From positions 8,549 through 72,548 of the forward strand of contig CALXWH010000008.1 of assembly GCA_944392315.1 (NCBI GenBank): a stretch of 64,000 bases of DNA, given 5' to 3'. Position 1 is the stretch's first letter. Each line of letters starts with the position of its first letter. Made by a program: the position numbers and the translations under genes. The notes below the pieces were generated by a model. It did not search any database and was not told the origin of the DNA. It worked only from the letters and a program-made list of their open reading frames with translations. The DNA is from an uncultured Alphaproteobacteria bacterium (GTDB lineage: Bacteria; Pseudomonadota; Alphaproteobacteria; RF32; CAG-239). Of this stretch, positions 28,555 to 37,792 are shown piece by piece.

Positions 28555-29319
28555 ATGGAACTCGTTGTTGATGTAATGTCGTGTCAGGATACTATAAACA
28601 GTATTCTTCATTTTCAGACAGATGATAATTCTTTATATTGGTGGGAGACGTTGTTTTTGGTGTATCCTGGCTTAGATAAAAGTAAAGGGTTTGATGCGGA
28701 TTGGCTTACCCGAAGAGAATATTTAAGCGAACAATTGAGCCTCCTATACGCACAAGCTGAAAACGAGTTAAAAACTAAAGCTGGTATGTTTAATCAATAT
28801 TGGTTAGAGAGAAAAAATGAAGTGATAGAAGTTTTTTCTAAGGTCTTTCAGATTAATTGTGCTGAGATTCTTGATGATATGTCGGCAAAAATTTCATTAA
28901 ATCCAATTTGTCCGCGTGATATACATAGCCATTTTTTTACGATTTTCTATCGTTATGGAAAAGAGCAGTTTTTAATGACGGCAATACACGAGATGATACA
29001 TTTTGTTTGGTTTCATGTATGGCATAAGCACTTTAAAGACAGTGTTTTACATTATGATGCACCGCATATTGAGTGGTTGCTAAGTGAGATGGTGGTTGAT
29101 ACTTTTGTTCATCAAACGGATATTGGAAAATTTTTTGATAGTTCTCGTGTAGAAAGGCCTGCGTATCGTTATTTTTATGATATGAAAGTTGGCGGTGAAC
29201 CTATACTCGTACGGCTTGAAAAGTTTTATTTAAATGCAACATCTCTTGTAGATTTTATGGAGAAAGCTATTCAATATTGTCGCGAAAATGAGGCGTGTAT
29301 TAGAAAACAAGTCCTTTAA
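28555..29319 (+). CDS. hypothetical protein with HExxH motif (possible zinc metallopeptidase-like)
   Basis: 254 aa. TAIHEMIHFVW. Starts 9 nt after the upstream gene. Confidence 0.4.
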   Translation: MELVVDVMSCQDTINSILHFQTDDNSLYWWETLFLVYPGLDKSKGFDADWLTRREYLSEQLSLLYAQAENELKTKAGMFNQYWLERKNEVIEVFSKVFQINCAEILDDMSAKISLNPICPRDIHSHFFTIFYRYGKEQFLMTAIHEMIHFVWFHVWHKHFKDSVLHYDAPHIEWLLSEMVVDTFVHQTDIGKFFDSSRVERPAYRYFYDMKVGGEPILVRLEKFYLNATSLVDFMEKAIQYCRENEACIRKQVL

Positions 29320-29401
29320 TATCTTGTTTTTAAGTGGAATTTAATTTTTGTAAGGTAATCTTTCTTATATTTGTTAAAGCAAGTTGAGCAAGGAGTTGCG
29401 A

Positions 29402-30199
29402 ATGCGGTTGAAAGTTATTTTTGCAAATGTGATTCAAGGGATGATTCATGTTGGTTATAACGATAAAAATGAAAATCTTTTTACAGGCTTTCATCCTTAT
29501 AGATATGTGGAATATTTTAAAAAACAGCAATCTGATATTTTATGTTTGGCAGAAGTGCTTATGGATACGCCTGATGGGGATAGCTTTTTTATTAAGCAAA
29601 TTGTTGATGCTTGCGACTTTTCTTATTATCATAATTTAGTCGGTGAAAAAGCTTTTTTTGTTGATGACAAATTTTATGGCTTATCTATTTGTTCTAAATT
29701 TCCGTTTATGACTTATCAAGTTCAAAAGCTCTCTAATCCTCATATTGAGACAATACGTCCAAACGGAGATCATTGGGTTATGCATGATAAATTTATTCAA
29801 AAGGTAATTCTTAATTTGGGAAAAAATAAAATGTTAAATTTAGTGAATACGCATATGTTTCCTTTTCAACATTTTAATAGGCATTTCTGGGATGAAGAAT
29901 TTGCTTCGTATCGTGCTCAGTGGGCAAAATTATTGAATTCAGATAATGGAGGACTTTCTTTAATTGCAGGAGATTTTAATACAGTCGGCATTGCAATAAA
30001 TAAGGCTTTTCCGGAATTGGAAATAGGTAAATCGTTGCACTCTGTTGTTAATTATGATGGTAAGATGTTTCAGCCACGATATCCATATGATACGCAAATT
30101 GAATATATTTTAGCTTCTTCTTCGGTTCAGGTTCTTTCAGCAAAAGCTGAAATGGTATATTCCGACCATCCGTTTTTGATTGCAGAAATTGAGCTTTAA
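29402..30199 (+). CDS. endonuclease/exonuclease/phosphatase (EEP) family protein
   Basis: DILCLAEV, GDFN and C-terminal YSDHPFLIAEIEL motifs. AAGGAG lies 6 nt before the ATG at 29402; the ORF opens at 29384. Confidence 0.7.
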   Translation: MRLKVIFANVIQGMIHVGYNDKNENLFTGFHPYRYVEYFKKQQSDILCLAEVLMDTPDGDSFFIKQIVDACDFSYYHNLVGEKAFFVDDKFYGLSICSKFPFMTYQVQKLSNPHIETIRPNGDHWVMHDKFIQKVILNLGKNKMLNLVNTHMFPFQHFNRHFWDEEFASYRAQWAKLLNSDNGGLSLIAGDFNTVGIAINKAFPELEIGKSLHSVVNYDGKMFQPRYPYDTQIEYILASSSVQVLSAKAEMVYSDHPFLIAEIEL

Positions 30200-30269
30200 A
30201 TACACTGTTAAGATTATTTACTTTTATTCAAAAATGTGGTAAAATATATTTACTAGGCGGGAGAGAAAG

Positions 30270-31790
30270 GTGCTATCGTTTGAAGAAATTTTAAATACAG
30301 TGTCTGATGATAAGTTGATGGTTGATTATCCATCACTTTCTCGTGATTTGCGGCAAAAAATGGGAGAAAATTATATTTCTGCCGATGTGCAAAAGTTTTA
30401 TTTGGCTTATTATGCTAAAATGGCTGCAGAGCATGTGGGTTTTGCGCGTTTTTCTGAAAAAAATCAAAATGGTTTTAAGACTGAAATTGAAAATTTATAC
30501 GATAAAATTGCAGAACCTCGGCGCCAACAAGATTTTCTTGAAGAAATGGTTGCAAAGACGGCGTCTTTTATTGAAGATAGGCATTTTGAAGTGAATGTCG
30601 GTGCAAAAGTTTTTCATGGCGGAGAACCTAAGGCTGATAGAACTGTGGGCAAAAATTTTGCGTATAGAACGGATGCGGAAAAACCTGAAACTTATCAAAA
30701 ACAGGGAGGAGCTTGGGAAACATCGCAGGATGGTGAAAAATTTCCGATTTGGGAAATCGGAACTATGAAAAACGGTCATGAAGATGTTTTGGTGGTTTCT
30801 GTTTATGATATTGCACATCGGGATAATTCATATGAAGCATGGCGTGATTTTATTGAAAAATTTGATGAGATTTATTTATCAGATAAAGACAAATGGGAAA
30901 AAGGGCGGATTATTTTGGATGTTAGAGGTAATCGCGGTGGAGAGGATAAACCTATAGATCATGTGGCGAAAAGGCTGTATGGCAATATGGTTAATACTTA
31001 TAAACGATGTGAAATTAAGGATACAGCAGTAGGAAATTGGATTTTACATAAGCATGGTGCTTTTAAACCTCAAAACTATGAGATGGATGGGTTAAAAGAA
31101 AGTGATATTGTGCAGAGAAAGTGTTTTTCCGGTGAAAATAGAGCCTTATTTGATGAAACACAAACTTTTTATCCCTTTAATGAAAAAGAGGGATATCATG
31201 GGCGCTTGGATGTTTTGATGTGTTCAAGAGTGGGATCTTCTGCAGAAAGTGCTTATACGTCCTTTTATCATCATCCAAATGTACGTTATATTGGAGAAAA
31301 TACGCATGGTATGCAGCAATATACGCAAGGAACATTTGCAGCTCCTTGGGGTGGAAGTATGAGAGTTGCTTGGGGAAAATTGACTTATTGGGATAAAGAA
31401 GGCGAAAATATAGAAGTTATCGGGCATAAGCCTGATGTTAATTGTTCAGGAAAAGATGCTTTTGATGAGGCTTTGTTGATGGATAGAGATGAAGGGCGGG
31501 TTATCGGATATAGAGAGAAAAATGAACCTGTTTGTGGAAAACTAGCGTTTGTTGAATACGATCCAAAGGTGTCATCCGATTTAAGAAAGGCATATCATGC
31601 TAAATATATAAATCCGGCGTTGTTGATGATTGAAGAACAAAATAAAAAAGATAGAGTTGCTTTATGTTTGGGAAAAGCGAAGAGCCATTTTGCTAAACAA
31701 GACAATCCAAAGTCGGAAAATCAGACGATAAATATGTCTGCTTTAAATACGGCGTATTTTAAGAATATTAAAGGAAATAATGGAAAATAA
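30270..31790 (+). CDS. peptidase S41 (tail-specific/C-terminal processing protease) fold-like protein
   Basis: 506 aa. ILDVRGNRGGE (DxRxNxGG box), VLMCSRVGSSAESAY (S-x-A-E box) and IGENTHGMQQYTQ. No signal peptide seen. Confidence 0.5.
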   Translation: MLSFEEILNTVSDDKLMVDYPSLSRDLRQKMGENYISADVQKFYLAYYAKMAAEHVGFARFSEKNQNGFKTEIENLYDKIAEPRRQQDFLEEMVAKTASFIEDRHFEVNVGAKVFHGGEPKADRTVGKNFAYRTDAEKPETYQKQGGAWETSQDGEKFPIWEIGTMKNGHEDVLVVSVYDIAHRDNSYEAWRDFIEKFDEIYLSDKDKWEKGRIILDVRGNRGGEDKPIDHVAKRLYGNMVNTYKRCEIKDTAVGNWILHKHGAFKPQNYEMDGLKESDIVQRKCFSGENRALFDETQTFYPFNEKEGYHGRLDVLMCSRVGSSAESAYTSFYHHPNVRYIGENTHGMQQYTQGTFAAPWGGSMRVAWGKLTYWDKEGENIEVIGHKPDVNCSGKDAFDEALLMDRDEGRVIGYREKNEPVCGKLAFVEYDPKVSSDLRKAYHAKYINPALLMIEEQNKKDRVALCLGKAKSHFAKQDNPKSENQTINMSALNTAYFKNIKGNNGK

Positions 31791-31805
31791 TTTATTGGAG
31801 GTTTT

Positions 31806-32417
31806 ATGGTTAAAAATATCGGAATGATTGGTGATAGCATTGCACATGGTTATTATGATGAAAGAGATATGGGATTTTTTGCACGATTGGCAAAATTGAT
31901 TTTGAATGAACATGAGGGGGAGTATGTTTTTAATAATTTAGCTCAATCCGGAGATAATATTGCGGATGCGCAGAATAGAGCCGTTTTTGAGGTTTTATCG
32001 CGGCAGTTTGATTTAATTTTGGTGAATATTGGCATTAATGATTTAAGGCGGAGAAAAGATAGTGATTTACATTTAGACTTCTCTGAAGGTGTGCGCGAGA
32101 TGTATTGGAATAAGTTGCTTGACGTTTTAGAACGCACGGGGGCTCAAGTTGTGGTTATGGATTTGATTCCGGTGATTGAAGAACGGTATACGCCGCAGGC
32201 TTCTTTGGTACGCTATAATTCTGATGTGGAACGTTATAATGAAATTATCAAATCTGTCTGCCTAAAAAGAAATATTACCTTTTTCTCTCGTTATGATGTT
32301 TGGAAAAAACGTGATTTAAAACTTTTGTATAAAGATGCAACGCACCCAAATGCGGCGGGGCATCAGATAATGGCTGAGGAAATTTATCACTTTTTGGCTG
32401 AGCAAAAGCTGCTATGA
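31806..32417 (+). CDS. SGNH/GDSL hydrolase family esterase
   Basis: Block I GDSIAHGY, block III GINDL and block V DATHPN. RBS ggagg. Confidence 0.8.
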   Translation: MVKNIGMIGDSIAHGYYDERDMGFFARLAKLILNEHEGEYVFNNLAQSGDNIADAQNRAVFEVLSRQFDLILVNIGINDLRRRKDSDLHLDFSEGVREMYWNKLLDVLERTGAQVVVMDLIPVIEERYTPQASLVRYNSDVERYNEIIKSVCLKRNITFFSRYDVWKKRDLKLLYKDATHPNAAGHQIMAEEIYHFLAEQKLL

Positions 32418-32512
32418 AAAGCATTTTGCGTAGATGAATTTTCTTGTGTGAAATATTTGTTTAATAGTGGTTTTTCAGATGTAAATATGTCATATTTCAT
32501 ATATTCTTTTTT

Positions 32513-33463
32513 ATGTTTGTGGACGAGGGTGATATGTGTGAACATGTTAGGAAGCTATTTTATAAGTTAATATTTCATTTTGTTCGGAATAAACATCGCA
32601 GAAAACAGCTTTATATCTGTTTGGCTAAGGTTGGAATTGCTAAATATCTAAAATTGGCAAAGTTGAGTGAGGAAGAAAATCAAAATAAAAAAGAATTTAA
32701 GTATTTTCTTTCGGTGGTTTGTATTATTAAAAATGAAGGGCCTTATCTTAAAGAGTGGATTGAATATCACAAATTGATTGGTGCCGAGCATTTTTATGTG
32801 TATGATAATGAGAGCTCTGACAATACAAAAGAGATATTAAAACCTTATATTGATTCCGGATTGGTGACATATATCTATTATCCCGGCAGAGATAAACAGG
32901 ATCCTGCTTATATGGATGCATGTCAGAATTTTGGGCAGGAAACAAAGTGGATGGCTGTTATTGATTTGGATGAATTTATTGTGTTGCATAAGGCGAAGAA
33001 TTTTCGGGAGTTTATGTCTGAATTTGCAGATGTTAGTCAGGTTAGTTTGCATTGGGTGTTTTATGGTAGTTCAGGCTACGAAAAGAAACCTGAGGGGCTT
33101 GTGCTGGAGAATTTTAGAGGGCATGCGGCTAAGCCTGTTTTTACACCGAAATCTATATTTAACCCCAGAACCGTTGTAGATACGGGGGCGCATTATATGT
33201 GGGTTTGTGGTAAGTGGGTTAACGAAAATCATCAGGAATTTGGTAAATTTTCGGATAATCCTATTCAAAAAGCGCAAGTTAATCATTATGTGGTTAAATC
33301 TTGGGAAGAATTTTATAATCGCAAAGTTGCGCGTGGTAGGGCTGATTTAAAGACATTTGGTGATGATTTGCGCAAATATTTTGATGAGCATAATATGAAT
33401 GATGTCTATGATGATTTAATGTTGCCTTACGTTGTGCGACTTAAGCCGATTTTAGGTAAATAG
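32513..33463 (+). CDS. glycosyltransferase family 92 (DUF23)-like protein
   Basis: IIKNEGPYLKEWIEYHKLIGAEHFYVYDNESSDNTKEILKPY..DLDEF, typical of GT92/GT2-like enzymes. Confidence 0.65.
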   Translation: MFVDEGDMCEHVRKLFYKLIFHFVRNKHRRKQLYICLAKVGIAKYLKLAKLSEEENQNKKEFKYFLSVVCIIKNEGPYLKEWIEYHKLIGAEHFYVYDNESSDNTKEILKPYIDSGLVTYIYYPGRDKQDPAYMDACQNFGQETKWMAVIDLDEFIVLHKAKNFREFMSEFADVSQVSLHWVFYGSSGYEKKPEGLVLENFRGHAAKPVFTPKSIFNPRTVVDTGAHYMWVCGKWVNENHQEFGKFSDNPIQKAQVNHYVVKSWEEFYNRKVARGRADLKTFGDDLRKYFDEHNMNDVYDDLMLPYVVRLKPILGK

Positions 33464-33532
33464 AGAATAGTTTTTTTGTTTAAAATGGCGTAGCGAATCC
33501 TTGTAAATTAATTTTATGAAAGGACTAGCGCT

Positions 33533-34156
33533 ATGATTTATGGCTATATTCGTGTCAGTACTGATAAACAAACAACGGAAAATCAACATTTTGAGATTAA
33601 AGAATTTGCTCATCGGCAAGATATTGTTATTGATAAATGGATTATGGAGACGATTAGCTCTACAAAAGAGTTAGAAAAATGCAAACTGGGAAAACTGCTT
33701 AAAAAACTTAGAGATGGCGATGTCTTAATTGCTTCGGAATTGTCCAGATTAGGACGTAATTTGTTGCAGGTTATGAGTATTCTTCATCATTGTATGTCTT
33801 CGGGGGTACGGGTTTGGACGATTAAGGATAATTATCGCTTAGGAGCTGATATTCAATCTAAGGTTTTGGCGTTTGCATTTGGATTGTCTGCTGAAATTGA
33901 GCGAAACCTTATTTCTCAGAGGACAAAAGAGGCGCTATTACGCTTAAAAGCTGAAGGGAAGATTTTGGGTAGGCCTAAGGGACGTAAAAATTCTAAATTG
34001 AAGTTAACCGGTAAAGATGGTAAAATTTTAGCAATGCGTATGGCTCATATTTCTAAGTCCCAAATTGCTAGAGCATTGGGGGTTGATAGATTAACACTCT
34101 CACGCTATATGGCGGAACATATGCAAGATCCGTTACGGATTAGTAAAGATGTCTAA
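33533..34156 (+). CDS. small serine recombinase (resolvase/invertase family) with C-terminal HTH
   Basis: MIYGYIRVSTDKQ catalytic Ser motif, SELSRLGRN, AEIERNLISQRTKEAL, and a C-terminal HTH (SKSQIARALGVDRLTLSRY). Confidence 0.85.
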   Translation: MIYGYIRVSTDKQTTENQHFEIKEFAHRQDIVIDKWIMETISSTKELEKCKLGKLLKKLRDGDVLIASELSRLGRNLLQVMSILHHCMSSGVRVWTIKDNYRLGADIQSKVLAFAFGLSAEIERNLISQRTKEALLRLKAEGKILGRPKGRKNSKLKLTGKDGKILAMRMAHISKSQIARALGVDRLTLSRYMAEHMQDPLRISKDV

Positions 34157-34173
34157 TATACATTATCTTTAGA

Positions 34174-36081
34174 TTAGGCGGATTTTTCATTGTTTGGCGT
34201 CGTGTTGGTGTTGCGTCCTTTTAAATTGCTTAAAAATTGAGATTCCATCTTTAAGTATTGGTCCAATAGCCAGCGAGAGCGGGATACTGAAAAGATTGTT
34301 AGTAGGAGTAAGATGAAAATCACTTTGGGGTTTTCAGTTAAGAATTTGTGTACGACTGTTACAATGAAAAACGATGATACTAAAATGCGGAAACTGGTCA
34401 AAATAATTAATGGCAGTCGGTTTGCTTTTTTTGCCATCCACAAGCGATAGTAAATTTTTGATACTTGCGTCTTGCCTGAGAAGAAATTGCGTACACGCTG
34501 CATTTTATCATCAAGGGAGCGTGTTTCTGGTGTGCAAGAGTTTTCTTCTTGTGCACATTGGGCAGCTAACTCTATTTCTTCGGCTTGGCGTTTGGGGAAA
34601 ATCCAGCCTAATTTATCTTTAATGAATTTTGTTGTGATGATGTTCCAACCGATGAGAGCTTTTAGAAATGGAGACATAAGTAAAAATGTGAGGGTTGTTA
34701 GGCAGATGTTTGCCGGAATTCTGTAAGGGATTATCGTGTTTATAAAGGGACGTATCAATGTGGCAAGTACAATGATGCTGTATAAAATAATTGAAAAAAT
34801 AGATAAGCGGAGGAAATAATTTTTGAATAAAGCGCTCCAAAGCCTTTCTTCGTTATGTGTCATGGTGGTGGTGTATTTGTTTATATATTCTAGCCATTTA
34901 TCGGGTAGTATGCGATTTAGTTTTTTATAAGCAGGATCGGCGGCCTTTATCATCATGGGGGTTAAAAAAGTCGTGATAACCGAAACAGCAACAATTATTG
35001 GGTATACTTTGGCGCTGAGAACGTTCAGACTCATCCCTAGAGAGGCAATAATGAAAGCAAATTCTCCTACTTGCGCTAAGGAAAAACCTCCATAAATGGC
35101 TGTCTTTAATGGTTGACCAGAGGCAACAAAGCCAAAGCATGAAAATAAAACTTTTCCGATGACGACAATCAAAGTTATGACAACGATTGGTTCGGCGTAG
35201 GTGATGAACATTTGGGGATTTACCATCATGCCCACAGATACGAAAAATACGGCGCCAAAAAAGTCTTTAAGTGGTTGTAAAATTTTTTCTATTCTGCTGA
35301 TAAATTCTGTTTCGGCCAATATGGATCCCATTATGAAAGCGCCTAAAGCTGAGGAAAATCCTGATGATGTGGCTAGTAAAACCATTCCAAAGCAAAGACT
35401 TATGGTGATGATAAGCAGCATTTCATCGGTTAGGTATTTTTGGATTTTTTCTAGAAAAGTCGGAACAAGATATATTCCAATGATAAAGCAAAGAATTAAA
35501 AAGAAAATCAATCTTAAAGTGCTTAAACCTAAGGCTAGACCGTTAATGGTGCTGCCCAGCGCTATCGTCGGTAGCAACACGAGTAATAGTATTCCGACTA
35601 AGTCTTCTACGATTAAAACACCAAAGACTAAATCGGTGAAACGTTGCTTTTTGATGTTTAAGTCATCAAAGGCTTTGATGATGATTGTTGTAGATGACAT
35701 GGATATCATTGAACCTAAAAAGAAGCTATCCATTGTTGACCAGCCGAGCATAAGTCCTGTATTGTATCCTAAAAATAACATAAAGATGATATTGGCGTTG
35801 GCCGTTATCATGGCTGCTTTTCCGACGTTTAGCATTTTTTTGAAACTAAATTCCAGTCCTAATCCAAATAATAGGAAGATGACGCCAATGTCTGCCCAAA
35901 GGGTTAAATCTTCTTTGTCTTTGACGGTGGGGAGTAAATCAAAGTATGGACCGGCAAAAATACCAGCTAAAACATAGCCTAAAACAATGGGTTGTTTGAG
36001 CTTCTTACATAGCAAGGTGGTTAGCCCTGCGTATATTGTGATTAAGGTTAAATCTATTATAAGTGAGTGTAGGGTATGCAT
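34174..36081 (-). CDS. cation:proton antiporter (CPA2/Kef-type) with extra C-terminal membrane domain
   Basis: 635 aa. Na+/H+ exchanger-like core of ~12 TM helices (LGYVLAGIFAGP..) plus about 4 further C-terminal helices. Confidence 0.8.
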   Translation of the reverse strand: MHTLHSLIIDLTLITIYAGLTTLLCKKLKQPIVLGYVLAGIFAGPYFDLLPTVKDKEDLTLWADIGVIFLLFGLGLEFSFKKMLNVGKAAMITANANIIFMLFLGYNTGLMLGWSTMDSFFLGSMISMSSTTIIIKAFDDLNIKKQRFTDLVFGVLIVEDLVGILLLVLLPTIALGSTINGLALGLSTLRLIFFLILCFIIGIYLVPTFLEKIQKYLTDEMLLIITISLCFGMVLLATSSGFSSALGAFIMGSILAETEFISRIEKILQPLKDFFGAVFFVSVGMMVNPQMFITYAEPIVVITLIVVIGKVLFSCFGFVASGQPLKTAIYGGFSLAQVGEFAFIIASLGMSLNVLSAKVYPIIVAVSVITTFLTPMMIKAADPAYKKLNRILPDKWLEYINKYTTTMTHNEERLWSALFKNYFLRLSIFSIILYSIIVLATLIRPFINTIIPYRIPANICLTTLTFLLMSPFLKALIGWNIITTKFIKDKLGWIFPKRQAEEIELAAQCAQEENSCTPETRSLDDKMQRVRNFFSGKTQVSKIYYRLWMAKKANRLPLIILTSFRILVSSFFIVTVVHKFLTENPKVIFILLLLTIFSVSRSRWLLDQYLKMESQFLSNLKGRNTNTTPNNEKSA

Positions 36082-36172
36082 TGCTTTGACTAAATGTTGT
36101 TATATATGAGTTACTTTTAAGCGGATTTTCTTTATTTCAGGTTAATAACTTTATATAAATACAAACTCTTAG

Positions 36173-37333
36173 TCATTTTTCAAGTTCAAACTCGTTATTT
36201 GTGGTGTGCTTAAAATATGAGGTTCCGCCATTATCCCATTTTACTTTGAGGCGGTTTTGGGGGAGAAACTCATATTTTGCGCAATTTCTATAGGCATTAT
36301 TAAAGCTGCAAATGCGATTATTTTCTTGTTGGATGAATATGTCTTCCCATTTTGGAGTTTTGAGATATATGAAAGGAGCTCCGGGCGGTGGGGTGAAAAA
36401 GTCAGAGGCTAATGCAAAGGGGACTTCTTTTATTCTCAAGCCATGGTATTGTTGTTCATATTTTAAATAGACGGTGAATAGTCTTTCTCCCAAATAAGCA
36501 AAAGCCAATTTTTGCTCTGTATCGCGTTGGGGCAGTTCATCTTTGATTTGTTGGTATAAGGGGCGTAAAATGCTAAATAGCCAAGAGGCATAATTATTTA
36601 ATATTTCTCGGCGGGTTATGAACATATTCGTGGGGTAAAATCCTTTATCACTTTTAAGAGTTTTATTTGCAAAATCATACATGTAGGGGTACTTTTGGTG
36701 GATGATTTCTAATGCTTTATCCAAATCTGATATAATATGTTCCTTTTGATATTGTTTATATGTATTTATGCGTATGGGTTCTGAAACGATAATGTCATGC
36801 GTTGCAAACCAGGGCAGAATATATTTTTTTTCAAGCTCTAAATTGTGTAAAAATTCATTAGCAAAACTTTCCAGGTGTTTAATCCCTAAATGGCGGAAGC
36901 GCATAGATGGGAAATTTAATAAAGGGTAGCGAGACTTGTCATTTAAGCATAGGAAGCGGCGGTAATGAAACATTCCGACATAAGGCGAATCGGTGTTTTT
37001 CCATATCCAATATAAGGCGGTTAATTCAGCAAAATAGCGGTTTAGGTGGGAGATATTTTCATTTGTGTCATCACCTATCATATTTTGATTGAGCCAATCT
37101 ATTTGTTGTTCTGTAAAGGAGCCTTGGCGCGAAGGTGTGGCCGCAACTGCTCTTCCACCTTGTATGGGAGTGAAAATTTCATTTTTGATTAGAGGAGCTG
37201 GTTTGTAGTATACAACATATATTTTTAAGTAATCAGTTTTGTATACGAATAAAATATAGCTGAAAAAACACAAAATAAAAGCAGCAAATAAAGTGGTTAT
37301 ATAAAATAAACTTTTGCTGCTTTTCATTGGCAT
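36173..37333 (-). CDS. DUF4422-type putative glycosyltransferase (LPS/EPS biosynthesis) with C-terminal extension
   Basis: N-terminal TM helix, then PIQGGRA..GDDTNENISHLNRYFAELTALYWIWKN..YVGMFHYRRFL, the DUF4422 signature. Confidence 0.65.
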   Translation of the reverse strand: MPMKSSKSLFYITTLFAAFILCFFSYILFVYKTDYLKIYVVYYKPAPLIKNEIFTPIQGGRAVAATPSRQGSFTEQQIDWLNQNMIGDDTNENISHLNRYFAELTALYWIWKNTDSPYVGMFHYRRFLCLNDKSRYPLLNFPSMRFRHLGIKHLESFANEFLHNLELEKKYILPWFATHDIIVSEPIRINTYKQYQKEHIISDLDKALEIIHQKYPYMYDFANKTLKSDKGFYPTNMFITRREILNNYASWLFSILRPLYQQIKDELPQRDTEQKLAFAYLGERLFTVYLKYEQQYHGLRIKEVPFALASDFFTPPPGAPFIYLKTPKWEDIFIQQENNRICSFNNAYRNCAKYEFLPQNRLKVKWDNGGTSYFKHTTNNEFELEK

Positions 37334-37375
37334 ACCTATTTGAATGTAATCATTACACTCTGTTTAAATTTTTTG

Positions 37376-37588
37376 TTAAGCAATAATATTCGGGTTAATC
37401 AAGGTTTCTATCTTTTGAATTTTATTCTTTACACTTGTTCTTTGGTGGTTTAATTGTTGTGCTTGATAGAAGTCAATCATCTGTTTATTTCTAACAAGTT
37501 TTGTGATATCAGACTTAACCCTTCTTTCTTCAAGCTTTAATTCACAAAGTTGTACTTGAAGTTTGTTAAAAGAATTGGTATTTGTCAT
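37376..37588 (-). CDS. hypothetical coiled-coil protein
   Basis: 70-aa ORF with heptad-like charged sequence. Lies upstream of the DUF4422 gene on the same strand. No diagnostic motif. Confidence 0.35.
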   Translation of the reverse strand: MTNTNSFNKLQVQLCELKLEERRVKSDITKLVRNKQMIDFYQAQQLNHQRTSVKNKIQKIETLINPNIIA

Positions 37589-37792
37589 CTGCTTACTCCA
37601 AAAGTTACATTTTTCGCTTTATGCGATTCTTGTTCTTCGCGCATATTATACTGTATTTTATGGTAAAAATCAAGCTATTTTGAGGGCGATTTTAAAAAAA
37701 TTAGTGAAAAAATATAAAATTATGCTAGTCTTATGCAAATATTGTCGTTATGTATTTTGAAAATGAAACTTTATTGATTGGATAGGAATATT

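Noticed and set aside
30196-30302. Recurrence of the TTTAAATACA(C/G)TG motif (30196 and 30289) matching the 8052-8100 tandem repeat unit
   Set aside because: A 12-13-nt AT-rich match is expected by chance in 64 kb of low-GC DNA. One copy lies inside a coding region.
26690-34200. att-type direct repeat of the tRNA-Leu 3' end marking an island boundary
   Set aside because: I looked by eye around 33.46-34.2 kb for ggttcgattccggcctagcgcacca-like sequence and found none. The island is therefore reported only as a hypothesis, not as a mobile_element feature.
35201-35977. 258-aa + strand ORF inside the antiporter gene
   Set aside because: K/S/P/I-rich antisense translation of a well-supported CPA2 antiporter gene. 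No RBS or motifs.
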